DNA of 64,000 nt from Amoeboaphelidium protococcarum X5 (taxonomy: Eukaryota > Fungi > Aphelidiomycota): contig JALDTO010000098.1 of NCBI GenBank assembly GCA_023515725.1, positions 1,700,164-1,764,163 on the forward strand, given 5' to 3'. Below are positions 51,382 through 64,000 of the stretch, one piece after another. The first letter of the stretch is position 1, and each line of letters begins with the position of its first letter. A program made the position numbers and the translations under genes. The notes under the pieces are model-generated. The model searched no databases. It was given only the letters and a program-made list of their open reading frames with translations, and was not told the DNA's origin.

Positions 51382-51855
51382 TACGAAATGACAACCAAGA
51401 TGAGCAATAGTATACCACTTGAACAAAAATAGGAATCAGAAGATAAGTAGTAATGGATGAGATCTTCTCCAGATGATGATCGCGATCAGAGTAGTCGAGT
51501 GGGGGTGAGCAATGAGTATGACTACAGCAAGGGAGGCGTGAAAATCAACGTAGATGTATGACTAACACTTGCCTAATTGACTAGATAAGGATAGATGGCG
51601 TCGATAAAGATGAGATCGTTCGTTCGTGTGTATGAGAAAGTGTGAATATGCAAAAGGGGTATTTTCACACGGTTTAGAACATCACGTGTTTTTTGAGAGG
51701 CTTTATCATCGTTTCACCTAGACGCGCTCTGTCTGAAACAGGACAGTCTCCCCTTTTAGATTATAGTATGCCGTTTGACTGGCTGAAGAAGAGATACAGT
51801 AAAAGAGGCGTCTACTTAAAGGTGAAACCGCTGTGTGTAATTTCTATATATTCAG

Positions 51856-53784
51856 TCAGTCCTTGTACATCACAATCATTTCAGCATCGGAGTTTTTATG
51901 ATAAGCTTTGTGCGATCCGTCAATCAGCGATTTGACACCGTGTAGCTATAGATTGGACGGTGATTACTGACCATTTATAGATGAACGCGTCTGTTGTTAC
52001 CGTTAAAACACGCGTGATGTCTCTAACGCTTCATCTTCATTACGCGGATCTACATTGATACCAGCATGTCGCGATTATGAGCTGCTAACAGAACTAGCAC
52101 TGGGAGAGGCGTGCATATCATGTTTAACGTGCTGGTACATCCATAATCCTACAAAAGTGAGTACAATGCCGCATATTTACACATTCTCCACATGCTAGCC
52201 AAACCACAATATACTGGCCACAATCACCACAATCCGTTTGATCAATGACGCTATACTGTATGTGACAGGACTCACTAGAGACAGGATGGAGAAGGCGAAC
52301 ACGTTCTACATGAAATGACTGAGGCCATTGAGAATGAAGAGAGACGAGACGGTGTACATGCTCCAGTCAGCTTCTGATTATGCCGCATGAAGATCTGGCG
52401 CCACATCGGATTTAACAAACCACCCATGACCCTCGGACCAGAACCATATCGGACACATGAATATGAATGATAACGAGTTTGAGTATAGAAGCATATTCAA
52501 TTTGTCCAATGTTCTCTATTTAAAAAGCTTCTTTGAGAATATATTCTGACATACAAATATCAAAGTTGAAGCTAATGCACAGAGAAGGCCAACCATGTTA
52601 AAGGATATCTCGGATGAACAAGCCAACATCACACCTAACGTCAGAGGTACTAATGAGACATAAATAGATGTCTAATATCGCGTCTTCCACACGAATCTGA
52701 ATATCAAAACTGTAAATAGAGGTGACAACGCCTTGATAGTATGCACGAAGCTTACGGGAACATTACTCAAAGCAATACTGCTAAATACATGACCACTAAT
52801 AAGAAATACACTGAGTGGAGCCATTGTTCGAATGATAGACATTGATGGCTTGAGAACGTGAGTTTTATGCAAGCGATCTCCATAGTTTTAAGCTGTGTTA
52901 CTTATTCCACCACCACCACCACCGGCAGCCATATACTCATCTTCATGTATACCCAGACCGAGTGCAATCCAAAATCGAAGCAGCTTCCCAAAGTAATGTA
53001 TAATGTCTACTAATCGCGATAACGTCCAACCAATTATAACAAATAATATTTTAAATATCCTTCTCAAAAAGGGAAATGGAATAAGACGAATGGATGGCAT
53101 AAACTTTCGAATGTTCCAGCCAGAGGTGAATATCTACCACTGCTAAGAAGAAGCCTTACCATGATCAGAAAATGTATCACCCGCTGATCCAATGAGAGGA
53201 GATTTGCCAGCAGCCACATTCACAGCACGGTCAACCACATTGGAAAAGTATCCAAAGATGAAGCAGAATACAGCGTTAAATCCGAATTAGACATAAGTCA
53301 GAGTTACTGGACATTTAACCAGTTAAAAGATCTACTTGGCAATATTATTAGTCATCGCGCTACTTCCATACCAGAGAAGACAGAGAACGATAAGCTGTAC
53401 AGAATCTGGTTATAAAATTTCCCTTATAAAACCCCATCGATCTATAAAATCAATCACCTACCATAAATACGCCTTGGATTGCTATTATGATTACTATAAA
53501 GGTGGCTGATACTGTTAAGGTCGATGATGAGATGAGCCGTTTCTTAATAATATATCAGCGTTATTATTATTATTATTATTATCAAAATTTTGAATATTAA
53601 CAACTTTATCTGTCATTAATCTGGGCACTGATGACTGCCTGGATATATTAGTGCTAATACTTGGATCGTGATGAAAATGAACTCTCCGGTGAGACATGTT
53701 AAGATCTCCAGTGCTGAAACTATTATTAAGACTACCAGCATGAACGTGTGTATTAGCAGCATCCTCCAATGAGGCCATCTCCAT
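51856..53784 (-). CDS. Triose-phosphate/nucleotide-sugar transporter family (SLC35E1/Sly41-like)
   Basis: CLLWY.SS, PVTLT..QF, GHVFSS.AL..VPVSFVHTIKALSPLFTV, QNIFSKK, SPVTYSIASLIKRIVVI. Confidence 0.88.
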
Positions 53785-54229
53785 AAGACTGTCTCCATCC
53801 AATAAATCAGAATCTTTACTACATATTATTATTATTATTGGTCATTGAAGATTAGTTGATCTTGACAATTGTATCAAAAGCCATACCTTGACTTTTCCGC
53901 AGAACTCTTTCTGTATTAGTGTTGCACCTGTGGTTCAGAGCTCACCATCATATCTTCCTATATTTCTAATGACTTTGTCCACAGTTTAGTCTTCAAAATT
54001 TGTGGACAGTATTAAAGTATAAATGAATTTTAGAGCACTCTGACGCTCTTTAACGAAAGGAACGGCAGATCGGCAGAAAAGTTTCAAAACTCGCGTGAAG
54101 AAACTTCATCTTTCCATCTATCTGATCAAGTTGGAAGATGATAGATTCCAGCAAAAGTCGACGATTTCTGGGTTAAAATTACTGATGAAATAGCCATGAA
54201 ACAAATTCAATATATATGCAAACAGATCA

Positions 54230-57200
54230 TCATGATTAATGAGAGGTGGACTAAACAAAGACTTCCTTCTTCTCACTCTTCCGCTTGATGGTCAACTTCT
54301 CACGCACCAGGGACCCAGTGTGACTGACTACAGTGAGGATCACATCTTTCCTCACTGTCATCATAAATTCTAACCAAGTCCACGTCCTGTTGTGGTACTC
54401 CAAAGTGGGTAACTTCAATACAAACTTGTCCAGATCCTCAATGTTCTTCTCTTTTTCTCCATGATAACTTATGCAGTGGACAGATGATGGAACTTTAATG
54501 TACACAAAGCTTTTAATAACAGAAGCACGGTCCTTCATAGCCTTGATATCTTTATCGATAGTGAGTACGTGTGCATTCTTTGATACAGACAAGGGAATCA
54601 ATTTCTTGAGTAATCTCTTGCGAAACTTCTCGGTTGACTTTTTATCAGGTGTCTCTTCTTCTATCTAATCCGACTAGATCGACTAAAGATCCATCAAGGC
54701 AGTATCAGACAAGTTATCATTCAATTAAGCTTGCACTTGCAGCAAAACTCCACTACCAGACTATTACTACTGCTACTACTATATAGATGGTTAAGATTTC
54801 ATAGTGTTTGAACGCGACCTTTGAGGCGTACGACCAACTCTCGGACTACCAAAAGGAGATTTGAGAACCGAAGCAGGCACAGACTTAACATTTCCGGCAA
54901 GAGGTGTAGTTTAGTCTTGTATTGTGGACAAAGTGGCGGATAGATTAGAGCTCGATGTGGATTACGGAATATTGCCAATGGTCGACTACTCGGCCGAGTC
55001 TACAGATTTCTACTTTTTAGGATAAAAGTATTCCACAAGAGCTTTACCAATCTCATAAGTCATACTCAACTATAGCGGGAATATATTCACTTCAAAATGA
55101 TCGACAACAGCTATACCAGCCACTGCAGGCAACTCGCGCCAATAGACACGTAGCATTTTATGACGAGAGAAATCGAGCTTTCTATTCTAGGGATTATAGA
55201 AAGACAAGGTATTAGCATAAAACTGGTTCGGTAAAAGATTATCAACAGATAGTCTATCAACTTCACCAGTGTTGATATGAGACTGATCCTCATATCCAGT
55301 GCTCATATACTGAAAGTCCTCAAAAGCAATCTTGAATAAATTCTGTCCGCTATCTCTCTTTGCCACCCATTGAAAATCATCAGACTTTACCAAAAGTCTA
55401 GAGCTCTTCTTAATCCCAGTCTTGACTTTGCGTTAGAATGCAACACGTCGAATGGCTTCCATATAAATCATAAGCTTCTAATGAAGCATCGATCGCTAAG
55501 TCAAGAGGTAGTTTAGCATTTCATCAGAGATATCGGGTGCCCAGCTGTAGTTTTCCCAATTCAGAGCTTCCTATACCGTCTGCAACTAATACTAAATGTC
55601 TGCCAGCATGTGAGTAGCGTCCGATAGATCTTCCTTCGTCAAAGCCAGAGTAAGGGAATAAATCTACTCAATACGGTCTTTTCTCTCAGGATCATTGTAT
55701 ATCAAAACGTTAGTGACAATGTCATAGGTACAGAGGTACTACTTGGATGAAGCAAATAGCTCAATCTTTGGCAGATTTACAAAGACAGTATTGGCATGCT
55801 CAAGCTCAAACGGATTCTCAGAACTTTCCAATCTGTTGGCGCTCACATCACGATCAAAATTCTTCCTTATGTATAGGGGATTGCAAGAGTCAATCTATAC
55901 ACTAAATCTTGAGCCAGATACAAAGCGCGTGATTCCCTGAGACTCAACCTGAAGATCAATCATACTCTCTATCGGGAGCCACACTTTGTTGGCATCAAAT
56001 TGATCCCCTCTGCGCAAAATCAAATCAGACAGCTCCTGGTGAAAGGCAGAAAAGAACTGAGCTTTACCGATACCAACAATACGTCTGTACTTCACCAGTT
56101 TGACAGACTCATCCTGATGAGCAACAGTCTTATCCACAATCTGAAACCCCTTCATATCTGCATACTCAGCCGTTACAATCACAAACCCATCATCGGTATG
56201 ATTATCAGAAGTCTTGAATCTAAATTATGGATAAAAACACTAAATAATCATATCAGACTTCTTCTTAAAGATGGGTGATATGTACAAAGGATCATTGGGA
56301 TCTACGTTAGTCTGCTTGGATTCAGGTGATGGCTCCTTCTCAGCCACTACCAGCTTCGTGTTCGACTCCTGGACCAGAAGAGAGAGAAGCTTAGTCGCAA
56401 CATCATCACGAACTTTATAATCCTAAGGCACATTGTCGTCTTATTCCACATAATCAAGAGAACTCTGACTAGTATTCTGACTACTTAACAGCATAGCATG
56501 TGCAAACGAGGAAATTCGTTCATTGATATCTGCGAGAGCAAACGACGAGCAGTAGTATCGCATAGCAGTTTACTAAGCCTCCAAATCACCAAACTTGAAC
56601 AAGATATCACGCTAAGTTAAATTCCAATTGACCTTCAGGCTGTGAATAATAAAATGATGCTTAAAGTTGTCTTCAACTGGAACACTGGCATTAGAGTTCA
56701 TGGAATTAACTGAGCTTCGTCTTTATCTAGCTATAGACAAAGACTGCAATAATTTCCTATGTCCTTTCACACCTTTCATCTACGAAGAAGGTAATCGCAC
56801 TTGTGAACTACTTTTAACAGCAGTAAGGCTTAACATCTTCTTGCTCTGCTACTCTAAAGCATCTTACACAACTTTAAGCTTCTCATAAGAATTCGCAATT
56901 TTATCCACCAAGGCCTAAGATCTAGCTTTCAAATTGTCATCAAAATACAGAGTCATCCTTTACTCCCATTGCTTCAGATTCTGCTTATCTTGATCTATCA
57001 TCTCATTTAACTAATCAATTCTCTGGGTGAGAAGATTGGCCTATATCTAGTGCACGTCCTTATCAGGGGCTTGGAAATCGAGAGCGTACGCGAATTCATA
57101 CTACTTTTCTTAACCTTGCCGGAAGTATATGACTCTCGGGGCTTCAAGCAGACTGTACAACCTTATAATGGAAGATTATTGAGCATCAGATGCATCAATG

Positions 57201-60200
57201 TTCAACCAGTCACTGTTATCTTGAAGCACTTCATCAACAAAGACTATAGTCTAAGGAGCGATTGATTAATCCAAGTACGTTTGCGACTGAGCACATGCAG
57301 TAAAACTGTTCAAGTCAAAATCAGCAGAGATCAAATCCCAACCAGCGCCTCTGTTTCCAGCCGTAAAGTTCTACTATTACAAAGAGAAGGTTGAGTTAAT
57401 ACCGCCAATTCTGCCACTTACACCAACAGATACACTCTCACTTCTGTTCTTATAAGTACCTAAAATATTCTTCAAGCTGCTAGCAATGTTAATGTCTTGA
57501 ATATATCTGGAGATTTTCTGACTTTTAGGTACAACGATACCACCTTACTAAAACAAAGATCCCTTCTTAATCGGCAGAACAGATAGTATCGACGTGAACA
57601 GGCGTGAGAAGTCGGTCAAACTATTGATAACATCTTGATTTAAATCGACAAAAATTGAATTTTATCCACCAGCTGCGGCAGAGGCGAGCAATGGGGCCTA
57701 CAGGGAGTAATTCATAGACAAGTACTTGGACCGGATCATCCAAAAGGAATCATAAGTCTCCAGATCAGCCACACGCTCCGGTGGACGCATGATAATCTAC
57801 GAGTGATTCGATCCTTACTCACTGTTGAACGCAATCTCTAATCCTAATTCCACCCCAGATTCAAAAGCAGCAAACGTGTGCTCAACAAAGTCTTGTGCAT
57901 TTAAAATACCAACACTGGCCCGACCGAGACGAATCTATATAGGCGGTCTCCTATTGTCTTAGTCAATCTGATTTTCCGACCTGTCATATCCAATGACGGC
58001 ATCAATACCATTTTCAGCTCTAATTTTCAATCCCGGAACTCGACCAAATTCATCAATAGTGTGAATGTTCCTCTAACCAAGCAAACATACTTCCAATTTG
58101 GTCAATTGATCAGCACGTATTCTTATATTTCCATGGAACAGCAAACAAATCTTATCCCAGAAAGGAAGAGGAGGTGAAGGATCCACACTTGTAGGAGTAA
58201 GTCCGGCAAACACTTTATTCATATCTGCTAAATGAGGCTCCAACCCAACACCATAAGTGACGCTGCAATCATTATCAGGAAGAGTGAGTTCTAAAGAAAA
58301 GTAAAACTTTGTCGGAGCTATTGTTCTAATAATACTCACATCGCCAAGTAGTTGGCCATCTCTGTATAGGACAGGGATATTGATTTTCCGGTTGGACTAG
58401 GATGCGTCACGAACAGATTCAGCGATCACAACGAGACCACAGATAGATGCAGCGCGATCAATCTAAACCAATTTCCACGGAAAGTCGCGTAACCCAACAG
58501 ATGCATGGTCAAATTGCAATTTAATCTATGCAGCGAGAGCCAGATCGTAATCAATGTCAGCAGGAGTTTCAGGATCCAGCTCATGCAATGTCTACTCTAC
58601 AGTCTCTGCAAGTAGAAGGGGCGGATTAATCTAAATAGATGCATTGGTAAGCACAACATGGAACAGAGGAGAATTTATTAAATTGCCATGGATATTTTTG
58701 ATATCTGAGGTGGCCTTATCACGATGCACTCTTTCTATCCATAGTTAAGAATCTAGAGAACGCATTTCATGCCGAAGCTTTTGCAACTTATCAAAATCGG
58801 TAGCATTCTGGAAATCACTCTTCTTTAGAATGCTGTCGAAAGCACTTTCGCGCGACTGTCGCAAGACACACTCGTGGCCACCAAGCTTAAAGATCCGGAG
58901 GAGATTAGCGTCGAAGCGATCATCTTCAAATATCAGCTATACTAAATTACACTAAAACACTACGGTTGGAACGAACTAAAATTGTCTTTTCCTAAACTCA
59001 GCAGCCTCCGGAAGCAATGGCTCATAATCAGAGCTGATAGATTTGTACTGATGTAACTACTTAATACTCTTACTCATGTTAGCACAGCCATCTACGAATG
59101 ATGCAAAGTCATATTAGAATGGCAAAAACCAAAACGCCGAATCACAAGAAAGTTCCACTAAATGCCTCAAATCCTCAGTCTATGAAGTATTGACGCAGAG
59201 ACTCTGCAACTTGAAAAGATCAACTTTATCAGAGGTGAGTATATTGACAGAGTTAGCATTTCCTTATCCGCTAGACTCTTAACCATCGAATGAAAACTTG
59301 AATGAATCAATCAACAAAAACAGCTTAACATCTTTAGGCAACCACACTGTAAAATCAAATTTATCCACAAGCACTTCAAAATTGGCTGAATTCTTAGTGG
59401 TGTCTTCAGAAGGCGATACTGATGAGACGTTCGATCTTTAAGCTGCAAACAAGGGCTCCAGCAAATGATAAATATCATACACGATAATGTGTTCCAACAA
59501 ACCATAATTACCAGCAACATTCTGAACACTAAAGCTATGAAAAGCATCGGAATCAGCATTTTACGATACCAAATTAATTTTATAGATACTTAAAATTCGT
59601 TCCTTCATGGAACTTTTAAGCAAATAAGATTCGATAACTTCAACGCGCAAATCAACATCGCTGGATCCGACCAGAGAGTTGTGAATTTATTTAGAACGCA
59701 CAACTGGAACTTAAATATCTACCACAGTCTAAAAAGTTTTGCCTTCCAACTAAACGCTCGAGTTATAACATGCTATTTCAAAATCAAAACTCCTAGAAAT
59801 AACTTTGGGAAAGCGCTTCTTTGCACTAATACCACTCCCTGACTTGGAGCCAAAATAGAGAGCCACAGATTCAATCAGTTTATCATCAAAACCACATTAT
59901 CTAATCAAACTTGCTTTAAAATTCTGAACATCCACTTCAACTTTAATCTTTGGACAATCATCATCTTAACTAATAAATGATTCAAAAGTACATCGCCCAA
60001 CAGATATTAAAGGCTGATCCTAAATCCCAACAGAGAGTGGTTAAACATCAAGCATTCCTTTAACGGAGACACCCTCACCATCAAATACAAACTCTGAGGA
60101 TAGACGAATTCCCCCGAATCGTAATCTTAGAGGAGATTAACAGAACTTTGTCTAAAAACCAAACTATTGCTCCAATATATTTACATTACACTTCAGTCTT

Positions 60201-61312
60201 ATACCTTGTAAAACTTGAATAACATGAAAGCCTTCACGTTGATTATCATTTATAGATGAGGATGTTGTCTCACCATAAGTCAAAAAGAACGCATCTAAAT
60301 TAGAGCACTGGGAAGCACCAACCCTTATGTCCAACTTTGCATTTTCATCTCCAATCGCGTCATCAAGAGGAACATTCAACTTAAGCTCACTGGACGTGTG
60401 GCTACCTAATATTAGACCATTCTGCTTTGCATATACGTCATGAATCATAAACTTGCAACTAGCCCACTTCCTTTCAATGCATAAAGAGGTAGATAATTAC
60501 ATTTCTAATTCAACGTCATCTTGAAAAACAACTTTCACATTACTGGCTTTCATTGAAACAGAAAAATACAATTTTTTGGTCCATTGCGGAATATTCAACT
60601 ACTACTTGGTCTCTTAGTCACTCCGTGATTTAACATTTTTACTATAACTAATGAGCTGACGTATTTAAATTGTGGGCTATTCGATCTAAATATCCAGTTC
60701 ATAATCATTGTAATTCTTCAGTGAAAATTACAACTTTATGGAAACGCACCCAAACAATTCAGAGTTATTCAGACTGGCAACAACTTCCTGGATAGAGATG
60801 ATAGACTAAAGAATAACAGAAGACGGTTCAGTGAGGTCTACCATTAATTGAGATACTTGACACTCCAGATCACCATCCACCAGTATCATATTTACAATTT
60901 CAATCTTGATCAAGTGCCAGACATACTTCTTAACAGTATTTAATGCCAGAGTGAGTAACTGCAATGAACTTTCCGCGGAACGAGTCGATGTAGGAGACAA
61001 AGGGACATTTTCATTATCACGACGCCTTTATTATGACTCCAATCGAGACTCTCCAATATTAACAGTCAAATCATATATCACCAGCTTGATAATCTTTATA
61101 GGACCTTTCCTTGATATCAAATTCTCTAAAAAAGATACTTGCAAAGTTTAAATCGAAAACAGTCGGTGCTCAACGTAGAACAATGACAGCCATCCAAACC
61201 AGCCTATACTCAACTCGAATCTCTTAAGCAGTCTTCGATACTGAAAATAGAGATAAGTAGCAACTAGTGCCACAATAGATATGAATATTCCCACAGCTGT
61301 CTACACCAACAT
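54230..61312 (-). CDS. Bridge-like lipid transfer protein BLTP2/Fmp27/Hobbit (~2360 aa, apparently intronless)
   Basis: N-terminal TM anchor; DPSPPLPFWDKI.LLFHG; YDSFW..RS; C-terminal Apt1-type FVYIKVP..VHCISY.G.KEKNI.D...F...LPTLEYHNRTWTW. All coding fragments share one frame. Confidence 0.9.
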
Positions 61313-61571
61313 TAATATCAATTTATATTCCAAAAATGCACTCTTACAATGACACTATAACAATGACTAAAGAGAGAGATTGAGAGAAATGTGAAACGAC
61401 AAATCGCTTTGAATCTGAAACGGTTCAATAGTTTTCAACAACAAAAGTTTTGAAACAAAGTAGAAACATGTGACGCGCATTAAACATCACTTAGAGTCAT
61501 CTTTATCAGTATTAAAACAAATTACATTAAATCACCAACCATTTAATCAACAACAACGTTAAGCGAGAGTA

Positions 61572-63068
61572 TCATCTGTTGAGAAGCTTTTGAATGGCTG
61601 CATCCTCAAACTGATTGAGAAAATTGACACGCTTCTCAACAATGCGATCACCGCGGAGACGAGCCATTTACTCCACTGTCCAGTACTGACTATCATACTA
61701 AGATTTTGGTACAAAGTTGAGTAAACCCATTTTCCGTAGACGGTGTTACGGCGTCTTGGCATGTATGATGAAATCCTTAATTTCCTGAGTTGAATAAATA
61801 TCACGCTTGAACAGACTGCTATTATTCTGGTCCAGATATCGCCCAATGATCGCGTCATCTCGCCTCGTAAAATACATGTCTCTAATCACAGACTTTCTGG
61901 ATTCTTACAAAGCAAAATACCTCCTGGTCGTTATTATGTCTCCATTGCAAGAAAACAAAGCATTCAGCACAGCCAACTCCGTTGTATTGAACGCCTCGCA
62001 TATATTTTTAATAGATCGCCTCAGCTTCTCCTTCTTGGTCAGTAATGTTCTCTAGCGCTACGATGAATCAGTAGTTTGACTTGGCTAATACTGAGATTGA
62101 GCATTAGGAATATTATGAGTAGACTCTTGACTAAAATCAACATGCATATGAGAAGCATTCATAGGCAACCTCTAAGGATGAACATTGAACTCTTTAGATG
62201 AATCATTTCTGATCTAGAAGCTATAGTCCGCAGTATCATCAATGACCACGACACTATGATCCTTTTGCTGATTAGATTTCTGTGAATTTTCTGTATATTA
62301 TTTACCAGACTACGATGTCAATATATTGCTTTTAAATACAACAGTAGTCTAATTATCCTCAACTTAAATAGGCATCCCTCTAGGAGTTGATGATACAAAA
62401 GAATCACTGGCCAGAGGTTTAGCGCGTTTAAACTATGGTCTTATAGGAGAAGTAGAAGCATAAGGCAAAGTCCTTTTATTAATAGGAGATTATTTCTACT
62501 TGACTTTAAAAAACAACTCCCCATCTCTGAATTACTCTTCTCCATTAACTTCACTGTAGTTAGTTTACACGGTTCTCTAATCAGCATCGTCCAAATGAGC
62601 CAGATGTTATTAATAATAATTTCTTAGTAGCTCCGGACTTACGTGAAAATCATCACGTATTTCGCCCAAGTTTTACTACATATAGCCTTAAAAAAGTCCA
62701 TAAACTGCAAACCACAAACTCTAACTATTAACATCAGCTATTTGACTATAAACTTTCACGTACTCCACAATAAACTGGCGAATATCCACAGAGAATATGT
62801 CAATATCAATCAGATTATCATTTTAATTTATTCTATGAGCATTATCAGATTGCTGAATAGTAGATTAAGTGCTTTACTAAGCAGACGATTCAACTGCAAT
62901 GGGAACACCGACCTAACTCACAGTAGGAGGTGCAGCCACATCAAACTCTGGAGACTGAGCTGTACCATTATCATGGTGACTATTACTATTGTGCTAATGT
63001 AACAAACTGTGATATATCTCATCATGCTCTAAATCCTTATTAATAAATTTCATAATTTAGCCAGACAT
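61572..63068 (-). CDS. RAP1: Telomere protein RAP1/TERF2IP-like (single Myb + RCT domain)
   Basis: Myb-like FSVDIRQFIVEYVK...SLWFAV...LRNYYQQHL. RCT-like IKNICEAFN....V.NALFSCNGD.....YF...FTRRDD...G...VEKRVNFL. Absent from the ORF track. Confidence 0.7.
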
Positions 63069-63470
63069 ATTCAATAATAAAATTTAAGTAAGTATGAATA
63101 GAATAGAATAGATTACGCGTTTTTACACAACAAAGAAGAAGAAACAAAGGAAAATTTCTGGTGAAACGAACGAGAACAATTGCTACAATACAGTACGTGA
63201 TGGTGAGCTTATAAAATTTACGGATGGAATTCCCGCTTAACAATCGATAAACATCACAAAATACCATGTAAACGTAATCTGAAACGAAGGATCGGGAATT
63301 TAAAGTTATTGAGGCTAAGCTCCTCATGTAAATTGATCTCTCAAAGTTAATAGCGGGTGATCGTCTTCTCTTTCTCTCCTTTTCTTTTCCTGTGCCACAG
63401 AGCCTTACTGAATTTAGAAGATTTTTCATTGACTATTAACTGAATAGCGTGTTGTTATTTATCTAGTATC

Positions 63471-64000
63471 ATGACTGGAGTAGTGTTGACAGAGCTGAAT
63501 GATTATATTGCACCTGCTAATTTATGCGTTAAGGGTGAGGAGGAGAAGACTGGATTGGAGCCTGGGAATGTGTAGTAGTAGCAATAATCGGGATCTGGAG
63601 ATGCGAAAGTATTTGGCTAGATTTAATTGCAGGATTGTCTCGCGTGCTCTGGATGCATTACATCTGCAGAGACTGTTCTTATTCAGTAGCATTAATATTC
63701 TGAACTGATACGGAATCTCAGCATCCATAACAATATTGTCGTTGCAATCAGTCCTCAATCAAGATCATCAGTGGCATTCAAGTACAGCCTTACACACGCG
63801 TAAATAATGCGTAGACTGTAGTGGTTCTTTTCCCATCATCTGCCATAGAAATACAATCCTTAATGTCACATAACATTGACAGATACATCGATAATGCGGA
63901 ATTTAGCACTGATTGAGGCCTACAATGAGTACAAGAGTCGTCGCGTGTCGAATTAGGTGTAGACATCGTTGGCATCTCCTGTTATCACTTCATCATGTCC
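63471..64000 (+). CDS. NAR1: Cytosolic Fe-S assembly factor Nar1/NARFL (5' part, truncated by window end)
   Basis: LNDYIAP...CVK, I.LQDCLACSGCITSAETVLI, ISPQSR.S.A; window ends in ITSSC. Confidence 0.93.

Noticed and set aside
53562-53582. (TTA)n/(AAT)n microsatellites here and elsewhere
   Set aside because: They lie inside coding frames and encode poly-Asn or poly-Gln.
63522-63975. Minus-strand ORFs at the window end
   Set aside because: The plus strand encodes Nar1 with unmistakable motifs; the minus frames are interrupted by TGA.
360-64000. Genome-wide pseudogenisation or sequencing error as the cause of the fragmented ORFs
   Set aside because: Interruptions are only TAA/TAG, never TGA or frameshifts, occur in essential genes, and align to conserved Gln.

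Overview
Gene-dense eukaryotic nuclear DNA that uses a non-standard genetic code: TAA and TAG read as Gln and TGA is the only stop (NCBI table 6 type). The supplied ORF track is fragmented for this reason. Re-translation gives about 30 compact, mostly intronless genes; all 29 complete models end in TGA, and I found 8 short (51-77 nt) GT-AG introns. Gene content mixes fungal-type genes (Ppg1 phosphatase, MedA/medusa regulator, Taka-type alpha-amylase) with genes usually thought of as animal-type (cortactin N-terminus, NRF-6 acyltransferase, human-like single-Myb RAP1). Together with the code, this points to an early-branching holomycotan, most likely the aphelid Amoeboaphelidium (inference). 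Highlights: a 113-aa mini-cortactin missed by the ORF track; an intact 810-aa tyrosine-recombinase (Crypton-like) ORF written in the host code; a nuclease+kinase Crinkler-like protein; a ~185-bp degenerate repeat in a gene-free gap; a candidate rod-like ncRNA hairpin; a uniform (T)GTAG 3' splice site; and CGCG and TACWGTA intergenic motifs. All homology calls come from motif recognition by eye, not from database searches.
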